NCBI GenBank assembly: GCA_002633005.1
Contig: NMRA01000013.1
Location: 1,157,787-1,204,534, forward strand
Direction of reading: 5' to 3'
Source: Phoronis australis
Taxonomy: Eukaryota > Animalia > Phoronida
DNA length: 46,748 bases
Shown here piece by piece: positions 25,301 through 36,400 of the stretch. Within the stretch, counting starts at the first letter, position 1. The number at the start of each line of letters is the position of its first letter. The position numbers were made by a program, and so were the translations under genes. Below the pieces are notes generated by a model that had not been told where the DNA came from, did not search any database, and saw nothing but the letters and a program-made list of their open reading frames with translations.

Positions 25301-28123
25301 TTCGTCTCAATATCTCCTGTATTACAAATGTTGCAAATTCATTCACTTCGGGCTATGAATCAGTGAATATTGGTTACTAGCTTTGGGGAATGCCATTTGT
25401 TCTGTCGTTTTCAGTTTCTTATTTGTGAGTAGAACATCAAAAGTTCGCCATGTAAATTAAACACCTGATGGTCCTGTTAGTAGGTAGGACTAAGTGTAAG
25501 ACATTATAGTCACCAAAATTGTATTTGGACTTACAAAAAGATACAAACTGATGGGCTCAAACGCATTTCACGATTTCTTGTTTCAAACAGCGTCGAACTC
25601 TGCATCTGCTTGTTCATCTCCCAAAGTCCCGACAATTCACAATGCTAATTTTGCAATCTTTCATTACCAGTATTTTCCACAGATAAGCCCACTTGGTGAA
25701 ACGCCCGAGGGCGTATATTCAGAAAATTATGCCTAACATGGGCGTTTGTTTGGTGTTACAAGTTCTGGTGTCAAGTGTCCAGATAGTGAAGCGTTTATTC
25801 GGAAAATCAGCGCCAACTTCACTAACAAAAATACATATCGCGCTTCATGCTCACCTTTGCGTAGCCGAAACTATGACCTTTTGTTTACACGCCCCTCATT
25901 TCCGAGTATGTAAACTATCAGGGTGGCTGCTTGTCCGATCAAATAAAATTCCATTACCAATTTTGACCAAGGATCGTAGCTACATGCACATGTCAAAAGC
26001 TCAACTAACTAATTTCTCATAAGTCATTTAAAGCGGGAGCTCGGTTCAAAGAGTTGATCAAATATTGCTTTGTCTACGCGGTGAGGAAGTGCTCGAGTCA
26101 ACTTCAACTAGCATTTAACTCGCGCAGTATTTGGCCCAGTAATGGAGGTTAGATGACCACGCAAGCCTGCGGTGTTGGTAGTTTGAGCGACTGCATTTAA
26201 GCTCGAGGAAAGTATAGTGATTGATCAAGAGCTGAACTTCCTGCAATATTCATTGGGCAGTCGGCAAGAGCAGAGCTTGGGACGGTTAGTACTGTCTTGT
26301 GGTTGGTTAAGCTAACCTCAGCTCACAGGTGAGAAACAACATGTCGGCTGCCAAACATGACCGTCGGTCCTCCAAATCGGACCGACTCACTAAAAATCAG
26401 GACCTCCGGGCGTCCCAGAAAATGGGACCGACGCAACTAAAAACATGACCGCCCCATCACAGAACATTATCGCCGGGTATTAAAACTTGACGGCCCCACC
26501 ACTCATACTGTGATGATATAAACAACTGAAAGGAGGTCATCAGTTAAAATAAATAAATCTAACCAAAGACAACCACTTGTAATTTTATCTACTGAGCTAG
26601 TTTTGGAACAAAGTAAAACTCATTTTTTTCAATTTGACGTTTAGTCAAGTCAAAAAACGCGTTCGTGCAATTTGGAGGTCTGTCGGCGCTGAACACGCAG
26701 TGGTACCTAGCTGTATTTTGACAAACAGCTCGCTTATTGGCTACGTCATAACTAGTCTTGGTGCAAAGCTATATACTAAATATACAGGTTTGCACCGATG
26801 CAGAAAGAAAATAAAAAAATGACCAAATAAAATGTGACACAAAATTAGTGTAATTGAAAACTGCACGCTAAATTTAACTATTTACCGGAGTTGTAAAAAC
26901 TGGCGTTCTACCGTTATTCAGATGCTAAAATTGTGGTGAAATCTTGCGTGAGCTTTCGACGTCAAGAAGTATTGCGTCACCTATTGACCATTTCCACGAG
27001 GTTGCGTACATGGCGCAACAAATTACCGGAACTGGTTTCATTTCATTACAAGTTTTTAGCATATTAATACCAGCAAACCGAATTTTAGAACAAAATTTGC
27101 TGTTGCGAAGCTGTCATCACCTCCCGAAAAACATAGCAGATTTTTAGGAAATAGCGCGTGAACGTGTCACGAGTGTAGTGTTTGGATACGACGACAGACT
27201 TCTCTTTGTTACAAAAGGCAAAGAACTATGCAAGAAAATGACGTTTATTAGATTATTTTTCACTGAAACGCATGGGCGGCGCAGCACTGAAATAAGTGGG
27301 GGTTATAGCCCCCAGTCCCCTATGCAACGGCTTCAACGGGCAAGGCGAGTGTCGGTTGACTCCCAGATTTTACATGCACCCCACTGGTCGTTAGATTTGC
27401 ATACGTTTCACGACGAGGTGACGGGATTGTTCTAAAACACCGGCCCTCGAGCCCCCAGATTTGAGCCAGAGCAGAATCGCTTGTATAGGTATGTCTCATG
27501 GGAAACTCATGCTTGAGTCACTCAGCGACGTAACAAGATTATGAAATAAGTAAAACGCGCGCAAAGTCGAGGGGTTCCTGGTCGACGAGGTCGTGGGTCG
27601 AGGGGCCGGGTTTTGGGTGGAGGCCGTCGTGGGTCGAGGGGTCGTGGGGTGTGGCGGTCAAGGGGGTTAATTTTAGAACAATCCCAGCTGAATAGCAGAA
27701 CTACCCGGGCTGTATGAAACTTCGGAGTCCGGCTAACAGCTAGTGCCCAACACATAATGGTACCTAAAGCTGTAGCTGTGTTTAGCCTATAAGTCTCCAT
27801 TACTGAGCTAGTTAGGTCCGGCGCCTGGTCATGTTGTCTCACCCGCACTGCAGTGTGAATGACAGTAGACACCGATATAGCTGGGCCAGTTCATCATTCA
27901 CTGCCGGGCAATAACACACTCTTAAGTGTTCGAATCTGCAGGTGAATACCCAGGATAAACAAAAGTGCACTGTCGACGTCTTTTCCTAAGCTTTTTGCTT
28001 ACGCCGAGCGAGGTCACTGAGGTTATCCGAAGTTACAGCCTTACGCTAAATTGCTTATCAGTGTTGTATACCTGTGGCGGTTGTTTTCAAAATAATACTT
28101 ACAATGGCGATTCGAGGCGACAT
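16222..28123 (-). CDS. CBR1: Carbonyl reductase [NADPH] 1-like SDR, copy A, complete 8-exon gene, 275 aa
   Basis: Manually spliced: complement(join(16222..16316,18982..19045,20164..20305,22429..22557,23647..23759,24008..24186,24400..24484,28103..28123)) = 828 nt, all GT-AG, phases consistent. Protein MSPRIAIVTGGNKGIG...LTARN...DVLVNNAG...VVIVAS...GWPSWSYAVTK...VCPGWVKTDMAGP...GAETPVY...EWK*: Rossmann TGxxxGIG, NNAG, catalytic S and YxxxK, CBR1-type CPGW/DMAGP. The symbol means family similarity, not proven orthology. Confidence 0.95.
18982..19045 (-). CDS. CBR1: CBR copy A exon 7 (VCPGWVKTDMAGPNAKLTPDE)
   Basis: ttctag| ... |gtatag. Confidence 0.95.
20164..20305 (-). CDS. CBR1: CBR copy A exon 6 (DAKNEIHEKEGWPSWSYAVTK...VCNA)
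   Basis: tcttag| ... |gtgagt; carries YxxxK. Confidence 0.95.
21769..22035. mobile_element. Palindromic element with two outward-facing tRNA-like arms
   Basis: Arms 21769-21865 and 21939-22035 are inverted copies. Each has an A box (TAGCTCRGTGG), a B box (GGTTCGATTCC), an imperfect cloverleaf and a TTTT tract. Confidence 0.85.
22429..22557 (-). CDS. CBR1: CBR copy A exon 5 (RVVIVAS...MNKFV)
   Basis: ttacag| ... |gtacgc; carries the catalytic Ser. Confidence 0.95.
23647..23759 (-). CDS. CBR1: CBR copy A exon 4 (SSSTAPFSEQAEVTMKINFF...LKPGA)
   Basis: tttcag| ... |gtgatg; lies in ORF 23643..23846. Confidence 0.95.
24008..24186 (-). CDS. CBR1: CBR copy A exon 3 (ARNEERG...DVLVNNAGFAYK)
   Basis: tttcag| ... 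|gtatta; overlaps ORF 23900..24148. Confidence 0.95.
24400..24484 (-). CDS. CBR1: CBR copy A exon 2 (VTGGNKGIG...VYLT)
   Basis: tttcag| ... |gtaaga; glycine-rich cofactor-binding motif. Confidence 0.95.
26324..26495 (+). mobile_element. MITE-like repeat family 1, copy 3 (intron 1 of CBR copy A)
   Basis: cacaggtgagaaacaacat...aaatcggaccgactcac...aaaacatgaccgcccc. A further terminal fragment sits at ~27826-27845. Confidence 0.8.
27423..27685. mobile_element. MITE with 15-bp perfect TIR and internal GGGTCGAGG minisatellite
   Basis: GGGATTGTTCTAAAA ... TTTTAGAACAATCCC; flanks aggtgac/agctgaa may be a decayed 7-bp TSD. Confidence 0.8.
28103..28123 (-). CDS. CBR1: CBR copy A exon 1 (MSPRIAI)
   Basis: ATG TCG CCT CGA ATC GCC ATT|gtaagt; mirrored by copy B exon 1. 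Confidence 0.9.
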
Positions 28124-28218
28124 GACCAATTAGTTGGTTTTCGATGTGAAGTATGTCCGTTACTAAAGCGTTAACTGACGCGGTGAACTAGAGAAGTGTC
28201 CTCTACAACAGGCCTCAA

Positions 28219-28233
28219 AAATTGCTTAGTCAC
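28219..28233 (-). promoter_or_regulatory. Antioxidant response element (CNC/Nrf2-sMaf site) ~100 bp upstream of the CBR copy A ATG
   Basis: The minus strand reads GTGACTAAGCAATTT, matching RTGAYnnnGCRwwww. An AP-1 site (TGACTCA) lies at 28352-28358. Confidence 0.5.
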
Positions 28234-29077
28234 TTGTGCAGACAAAATGTTGACCTAAATATATTGTAACTAGGTCAAATAAACACCTGCATCCATGATC
28301 TACATGTCGGGGGACCCGACTCGTAGGCAACGACTGAGGGTGCATGTAGGGTGACTCAAATGAGTGGCAATCTAGGGGCATCCTTTTTAATGATGTTTGC
28401 ATGGAATTGTGTTCTACATTTCTTTGCTTGTTTTTTAGATTTTAGTAGTAAATTAATTAGATTTTGATATTGTATGCATCGAGGACATATCTTACCATTT
28501 TGTCCAGTTTGTAAGCGTTCAAGGGCCGGGTTGGCAATTTCGCTAATCTCAAACTAGTGTACTCATGGTTTACTCATTTTTATCAAAAAGGCGGTTGTAA
28601 TTCAACAATTTATTGGATCACACAGTCCTCTGGATTTCAACCTTCTATGACAGCTGCAAAAACGGCTTCGATTTGCACACGCTGAATGTAATTACAATGT
28701 AATTGAATTTGCGGCTTCAAATCCACGCTTATTGCGTTTCGTCATAAAAAGGGAACAGGTTCCAAAGTTAGCAGCTAGAGAGGTTTCGATTTGCAGGGCA
28801 TCGTTTGAGTCCCTTGAAATTTCAGGTTCCAAAAATATCTCAGTGGGATATCACAAGGAGGAGGGGGCAACATTTTCAGTGTCTTTAAACATTTGCGCAA
28901 AGCACGATTGTAGATGCGCATAGCACAGAATGGGGGTAGGGTTTGCCCCCCTCCCGCCCAGGATTTTTTTGTTTTGTTTTTTCCTCTAAAAATCGAGCAT
29001 TTTCCTTGATTCCTGAAGTATTATCCAAGAAAAAAAGGCAAACAAAATACACGGAGAAACAGGAAAAACTGCAAATA

Positions 29078-29140
29078 TCACAGACTCGAAGTTACGACCT
29101 GGCGTCTAGAGCGTGCGTGCTTTACCATTACACCACCACG
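29078..29140 (-). mobile_element. Degenerate tRNA-derived (SINE head-like) sequence
   Basis: Minus strand gtggtggtgtaatggtaaagcac...ggtcgtaacttcgagtc: A box plus a decayed B box. Confidence 0.5.
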
Positions 29141-32100
29141 ATTTATCTGAAAAATGATGCTAAGAGACCTACTTGTTTGTGGTCCACAGCGTTTGCACGC
29201 GAAACCTACTTCTTTTTGTAATGCTAATTACACGTTTTATATTTTGTGCCATCGGTTCCTAACAAATTTGTTGTATTTAAAATAGTCTTCAATTGCCCAA
29301 AAGACCAAATCCGTTTTTCGCGTTGGCAATAATGACGCAATTGCTTTGGAAATCGTCTTAAGTTAAGGTTTGACAAAGAGAGAATTATGCGTTTCTGAGT
29401 GATTCACTGAGGCTTCGATTAAAATTCACATCTTACCAGCAGCTTCTGTTTTTTATCGCCACACAGATTCCGTTTTCTTCATTGCACAGTGGAGCAGACG
29501 ACGGAAAGGGAGTCGTAGTGCGCAGCGCCAGTGTCGGTCGCCTGGGATATCGCGGGAGAGGTCATACTTAGCGATAGTTCCGTTACGATTGCGCCGTGTT
29601 CCGAATTTGACACTTGAAGTTGGACCTGAGCCCCCCCCCCCCTCCCAAACACTAAAACTGCACACATTTAAATCTTGTTTCATCCGTATAATTTTAATTA
29701 CCGGGGTTAATTAATAAACTCAACATTTCCCTACGCTCTTGCTGTTTTATTTTTTGCGGCATCCAAAGGGGGGGGGGGGTAGGCCTCCTACACCCAACCC
29801 CTAAATCCGCCTATGTAACTGTTCGAGGACGAAAGTTTGAGTAAAAATTGGCCAATGGTACTGATAAGGAGGACAACCACATTGCGGTTAGATGGCGCGG
29901 ACATTCACTGTGTTGGATCGCTCCTGTTATACTGGTGTAGAGACTTAGAGAGTAGCCCAAGCTAGACCGGAGCACCGGCTAGGGTTTACTGGAAAATTAA
30001 TGTTCTACCACTGAAAACCTGTCAGACATTGTATGAGAGTGAGAATGGACTGCAATTGAAATGCTGTTAATACTAAAACCACTGCATCAGGCACGGACAG
30101 ACGCCTCTACCGAGCGGAGCCTCTTTGTAACTGTACCTCGAGCAGTGAAGTTGGTAACTGAAACCGGCCTCTGTGTTGGGCTCTTATGCACCTACAGTTT
30201 TGGTACATCACCAATTCAGAACGGTTTACATTGATCATTCTCACGGATCCTAAGAATAACACACATGGGTAGACTTAGGATTTTAAAAAGGTCCTCAAAA
30301 ACGTGTTTTGAGGGGATTTGTTGTCATTCGTGTTAGGAGTGGTTCCCGGTTAATCCCATTTATCCACTCGTCTTTACACTAAAACCAACTAAACCAGTAC
30401 TTCCAGGTTCAGCAAGTATTTTCAAATTCCACACAAGGCAAGCGAAATTAGTGCTAACCTTCATCCCGACTCACGCCCGTATCACAAGGTGCTTTTTTGA
30501 AAAGTTGCTGCAAGGCACGTAAACAAGAGTAAGTTGATGCGCCAACGCTATTATTTGCCAAGCTCGTCTCGGATAGATTTATTTGAAAAAATGTACAACT
30601 GAAAAACACCGCGCCACCTAACGATAATTAAAAAAAACAATTGTGCTTTTTGGCACAATCGAGCTATATTTACATAATCGTGTCATCAATCTTGTGTACT
30701 CCATACGAGATATGATTCGGTTACAGCAAACCTGATCAATAGGTGGCAAGGTCGTGCTACAAAGGCTCTGGACGAGTGTGTTGCAATGCAGTCCGACTTC
30801 GCACTGGTACCAACTAGTGCACGGGAATCAGCTTTCGCTGTTTTTTCAATATACACCTGAAGTTGCCCTGTTTATACGTGCTTGAGTAAGTATCACGTAA
30901 AGCGTGCGCTGTTATCATTGCTTTATTTTGTATTCCGGTTGTCCTCCAACTTTTTGTTCTTAAATACCGCATTTTTGTTGAATGTCCATTTTTATACTTA
31001 ATTCGCCGTACACAAGTACGAAAGTATATACACGCGATTTATCTTTATCGACGTACTTCAAATTCATGTGTTCAGAAATATTCATAGGCAACTCCGACAT
31101 TTTCTTGCAAAATATCCTGCAGGAGGCGCCACCCTCTAATACCAAAATCATGTTCCGGTTTCCATATTGTGACGGCGAATGATTGAAAACGGGAGCATCG
31201 GCGACATCCCGTTGCTCCCAATTTGTTCGATTGTATAGCCCAACAACAACTTGGGAAGTTTACCCCCCGTAGCCAGTTAACTCCATTCTGGCGTTTATGG
31301 TTGAAAGGCCTGCGCTCTTTTGTTTAATAATTGCTCTAATCTCCGATCAGATCGTATCTAACCTGACTGGGGTGGGCTGATAAAAATGAAAGTTAAGTTA
31401 AGCCAGATATTATCGCACGTTCAGCACCCCTCACGTCTGGAAAAGTTACTGAACGACAGGACGCTGTAATGGACTGCGCTTTTGCCTGACTTGCATTTCT
31501 GAAAATCATACGTTCACATCGTTTCTTTTATTTCTCTTCCCTCCAAATATTGAGCTCGCAACCTAGTAGCCCTTAAAAGGTAAACGCAGGCGGCGGACGA
31601 ATACCCCCGAATTAATTTGCCTGCTTCGAGAAAGAACGATGCGTCCGCCGGACTACCCCTTGCATCACGCAGGGAATCAGCGAGGCACGACGGATGGACG
31701 TCGACGGACTGAAACCACTACTCGCCAAGACAAAATAACACGTCGAGCTTTGCGGCCGCAGAACCTGGCGTTTTTTGTCGCGGCAAAGAAGGGAAAGGAG
31801 GCGTCAGGCGAGGGTTGGTGTCCGCGCGGCCGCTTGTGAATTATTTTTGTCCGACGGACTCGAAGCCAACAAAGTTAGCGCTTAAATATACATGTATAGA
31901 TATGAAAATTTTGCACAGAACTCAACTTCACTATACTATTGAGGTACAAAGAATCGATTGGGGAAGACGTACAGGGAGCTTTTTATTGTATTTCAATTCG
32001 CTTTAAATAAGGACTAACTCGAATGTTAGGGACAGAAGAATCTTCCATAGAAGCTCCCATTGATATGAGTCCTTTTGAATAACTGTGCCAACTCACAGAA

Positions 32101-33381
32101 GTTGAGGTTTTATCTTGCTCACTAAGCAACACGGTGCGTAGGATATTTTTACTGCACGGCGGAACACCCCCTCAAAAGATTCGAATATCCCATATACTGC
32201 AGGGGTCAAAAGCACCACAGACAGTGATAACGTGAGCCATACAATTTCTAATCTGGCTAATGTTTGTGTATTTAGGACCACTAAATGTTTTTCTATGCGC
32301 CTCACTATGCCAATGACAGTAGCGGTATTTAACATTTCCTAGCTGCCAGATTTTTAACCTTCGCTGTTCAGGAATTTACATTCCAAATTTATGTGGGTGT
32401 GTTTTGGAAAGATCGATCTGAGCCGGTGTGACCGTAACTCAATCAGCTACTCCTCTCTTGCTAATCAGTGCTATTGCTTCACGTTATCACAGTCACTATT
32501 ATCAGCTGTTCGACAGTACGTAACCATAGCGAGTGGATGAAATTAAAGAGTTTATGTAGTGTTGCCAAGTCTAATAGCTCAGAAAATGATTTTGGCAAAC
32601 TGGAAAACACCTGAATCCACTACTTAGAGTATACAACTTACTAACGACCAGGCAATGTGTCATATACGCCACTGCATGGTGGTGTTTTCTATTTTCAAAT
32701 TTTGAAAAATGAGAGTTTGATAAAAGCAGAGCGATTTCAACGGCTAGATACAGAACTGGTCAATATGCCACGTGTTTCTTTTGAGTTCAAAAGGGCCAAT
32801 GGAATTCCAAGAAGGCAGATACATGTAGGAAAGTGTGTCATAGCAGAAACCAATCAATTTGGAGGGTCTGTGAAGGAGTCGGCACTGTTTCCGACTTTTA
32901 AATTTTATGTAGCCTCTAACCATAGCATTTTTAAGTGTCTTTTCGGTGGTGGTTTCGATGATCTACAGTTGGTTGCATAAATAGATTCCCATGATTCCGG
33001 AACGGAATGTTATGAGAGTAAAAGGTCTTATTCCATTTTGTTTTTACCCAAACAGCTGGGAGAAAGTCACCTAAATCCAACCTTATTCGATTTTTCTCCC
33101 GCCGCCAAAGAAGCCACTTTGAATTATGCAACATGTGTTATCGTTTTGATGTACTTTGTTCTATTATGCAAAGTAAACATCTGGGATGATAAGTTTCTCA
33201 AGCAAACCCGAGACATCCCATTGAGGAATTGAGCTGTATAACTGAAGTAGGGCATACGTCAGCTGAAGCTGATCCCATCCCGTTCATTGTGTCCAATTGT
33301 AGAGGACACGTCTCTACTACACCGCGACAATCAACCCGTTATTAACCTACGAGTTTCACATCGAAAACCGACTGATTTGTC

Positions 33382-33402
33382 ATGTCGCCTCGAGTCGCAG
33401 TT
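33382..33402 (+). CDS. CBR1: CBR copy B exon 1 (MSPRVAV)
   Basis: ATG TCG CCT CGA GTC GCA GTT|gtaagt. Confidence 0.9.
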
Positions 33403-36400
33403 GTAAGTATAGTTTTGAGAACTACCTACATGCGCGACAGGTACTTGGATTGGCCACGGATTACCTTATCGGCGCAACTCCACATGTGTACAAAGCCTAG
33501 GTGAAACCGACGTGTGTTAGATGTGTTATGGCCGTGTAAATTGAATTCAGTAATGGTCACCTTTGCCGACTTTTTGATTTAATATTCACAGCAAACGTTT
33601 ACATGCAATCGTGTCAAACTGCTTAACAGACGATCTCTCTATTATACCAGATTCAGTGAATGATCAATGGGTCCAACCTGCGTCCACTGTAGCCGGCGGA
33701 TTGTGGATTTGCCCAATCACAATCAACCATTAGACAGCCGTCCTAGGCTCTGTTCTTACTTCTCACTAGACACTGCAGGCGGCCCTGTTCGGGACCCATC
33801 ACCACATGGCCTTGAATGCAGACAACAAATGTTGCGAAAATCGCAACGACCTCATCAGGGCATTGTAAAATTTGTAACGACCGCAAGGGCGGAGTTAAAA
33901 GAGGTGGCAAACTGGGATTGGGCCTGGGCAAATGCACTGTTTTAAGTAAGACGCAAATTAATAAAATACGCTTGTGTTCATCAGTTAACATCTATCTGTA
34001 TATGCCTGAATACAATTTTGGTGACAGTAATCGTACCGATAGAATTGAACTCTTCTCTTTCACGGAGTTAGGAAAGTACAATGTATAAATTGACATTATT
34101 TTTGTAGTGTCGGGCGCTTGGAGACGGACACTTGAATGATAAATGGCGCGTACACAAATGTTAAATTCATCTGCCCAGTCTTTTTGTCAGTTTCCCTAGT
34201 ATCTCCACTGCAGTTAACAATGCGAAAAATTAACCCAATTTTTGACGTGAGAGTTTGTTGGCACAATGATGAGAACACTAACCACCAGGTGAGTCGTAGT
34301 TGCAGTATGGCAGATCTAGACAGCATTCTGTTATTAAGTGACGTTGTGCAAATTCGTGCGGTCTTATTATTGTCTAACTGTATCACAATGACTTGTGGTA
34401 CCCCTTATTTGATTTTTGCGACAACTCGACAGGCCTGTGTTTGTCGAGCTGGACAACCAATACATAGACACATCGTCAAATACACAACGCCGATTCTGAT
34501 TTTGTGCTGCACTGTTATAGAGCACATCAGTGACTGTGTTTTCCCTAATTTATACCAGAATTGATTTCATCGTTTGACATTTTAATAAGAGAGAGGTTTT
34601 ACTATTGCTCAATGGGTTGCGATGCTTACGTAAAAGGTGACAAGGTGAGTAGGTTTGTTCTCTACTTTTCCAATTAGCCACAACAGTGTGTTAGAGCCTT
34701 AACTTTTTAAAAATTGCATGTCAATTTGTTGCACTGTCCCCGAGGAAGAGGACAGTTGAATGTGGGACTAGGATATTGATAAAATTGCACGTTTCATATT
34801 GCAAATGGCATATGTATTTTCAGGTAACAGGTAGCAACAAGGGTATAGGATTCTCCATTGTAAAAATCCTGTGTAAGCAGCAGCCTGACTGGAAAGTTTA
34901 CGTGACAGGTAAGTCTCTCAGTTACCTGAGGCTATGCACTCTTGGTGCATTTAATGCAGTTTCGTATAAGTACAGTGTTAGAGTTGTCAAATAAAGTTTC
35001 ACTGAAATTCGTCTGGCTTCGACAGACATCATGGCAAAAACCGAGAATGAAAGCAGACTAGGTCATTAAAGCTATACGAATGATTTCAAAATTAGCAGGA
35101 CTAGAAAAATGCTGTACAGAATTCTTCAGCGTTGTGAGAACACAAAAGCCTAAGTCATTGGACCCAATTTCAAATTCTGGTGTGCAAGAGTAGCCGAGTA
35201 TACAACTACAATGGGCCTACGTCATTCACGAGCATTTTTAGACGTTTTACATTTTCGTGTGAATCGTTTGACGGCACGATGGTCACAAACACTTTATCAA
35301 AACGCTGAGAAATATCTAAAATCTCAGTAAGAATATACAGAATTAAACAAAATGTTTACTGGTCCACAATCTTGTTTTGATGACGATGCACCTCGAAAGA
35401 CGGTCGCCAAAAATCAAAGTGCTTTTGGTGAGCGCGTCCTGAAACAACGAAATCAAGTGAAATAAAAGCGAATAACTACGAAGCGCTTTAAAGTAGCGCT
35501 TTCCTTAAAGGAGAATGCCACCCGATTTAATTAGTCTTTTTACCGTCTTAATCGGTCTATATCCACATCGCCTCTTATACGGTCGACCTCACCTTGCCGA
35601 GGGGTGTCGCGTTAACTTGTGAGGAAGGTGAGAAACGACACAGCGACGTTAGTGGTTCGTCTGCATAGTTAATGCCGCTATATTGTGGTGCATCGTTCCC
35701 GCTTGTCCGAACTATGAAGCTGCGAAGAAAGCGGGAATATCGTTTTTTCAACTTCCTAGAGAGCCCGAAATGCTTAGGAAGTGACTCGCAGTAGTGAAGA
35801 ATGAAAGGTACGCTGTTCATAGCAAGTATGAGGCCGTGAAATATCTCCGTGTCTGTGGCCGGCATTTCGTCGACAGTGATTTCTCAAACGAATTCCGGCT
35901 TATCAAAGAACTATCCATACATTCCGTTGCCTGTGCATGATCATGACGCTTCTCTAGTATTTCTTGATCACTGTATTCCTGTTCGAACTGATAGCCTGTG
36001 AAACCTAACGATCCGACCCCCATGAAGTCTTCGTAGAATGAGCTCTTGATTACTACATGTATAGTCGGGATTGGCGCCGGGCGTGTTGCCATGTATTCTG
36101 CGTTCTGTTTCAAAATGAATCATTCTCATCCTAACCGATGCTTATATAAAACTGAAACAAAGTCTGTCTCATTATATACAGTTTGTAATGCCTTTGCAGT
36201 ATTCACGCGTGCAAATGTTGAGAAGCCAGCAATGAATAAACCATTGCGGCTTTTGATGCCGGCAATAAAGGTAACTGACCGGGCATCCGAGGCCGCGTGA
36301 GCGCATGCTAATTCAGTGTTCGCTGACAGAAAGCTGTTGTGAAACAATTACTCGATTTTATAAGCTATGGTCACATGTTAGGGGAATCTTTATTTAAAAA

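Larger units (their letters stand above)
28124..33381. promoter_or_regulatory. Divergent intergenic/promoter region between the CBR paralogs
   Basis: 5.26 kb separates the two ATGs. The proximal ~85 bp (28124-28208 vs 33297-33381) are inverted homologues (ttgtagaggacac, caccgcg, ttcacatcgaaaacc). Confidence 0.6.

Noticed and set aside
27522-27872. Pro/Arg-rich 116-aa ORF (also 41375..41728)
   Set aside because: Translation of GC-rich MITE minisatellites.
28490-28510. Minus-strand aaaATG|gtaaga as the start exon of copy A
   Set aside because: It would omit the conserved RIAI strand, and no counterpart is seen in copy B. A non-coding upstream exon cannot be excluded.
31560-31870. CpG-rich segment as a small gene or bidirectional promoter core
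   Set aside because: The ORFs have no recognisable features and the segment is over 1.5 kb from either ATG; it cannot be supported without transcript data.
34136-34564. 142-aa ORF
   Set aside because: Coincides with an intronic insertion flanked by a TSD; no recognisable domain.
34612-34650. ATG GGT TGC ... GAC AAG|gtgagt as an alternative first coding exon of copy B
   Set aside because: The paralogous sequence (~24670-24715) lacks the ATG and has an indel and a TAG; the peptide is not the SDR beta-1 strand; the true exon 1 is 33382-33402.
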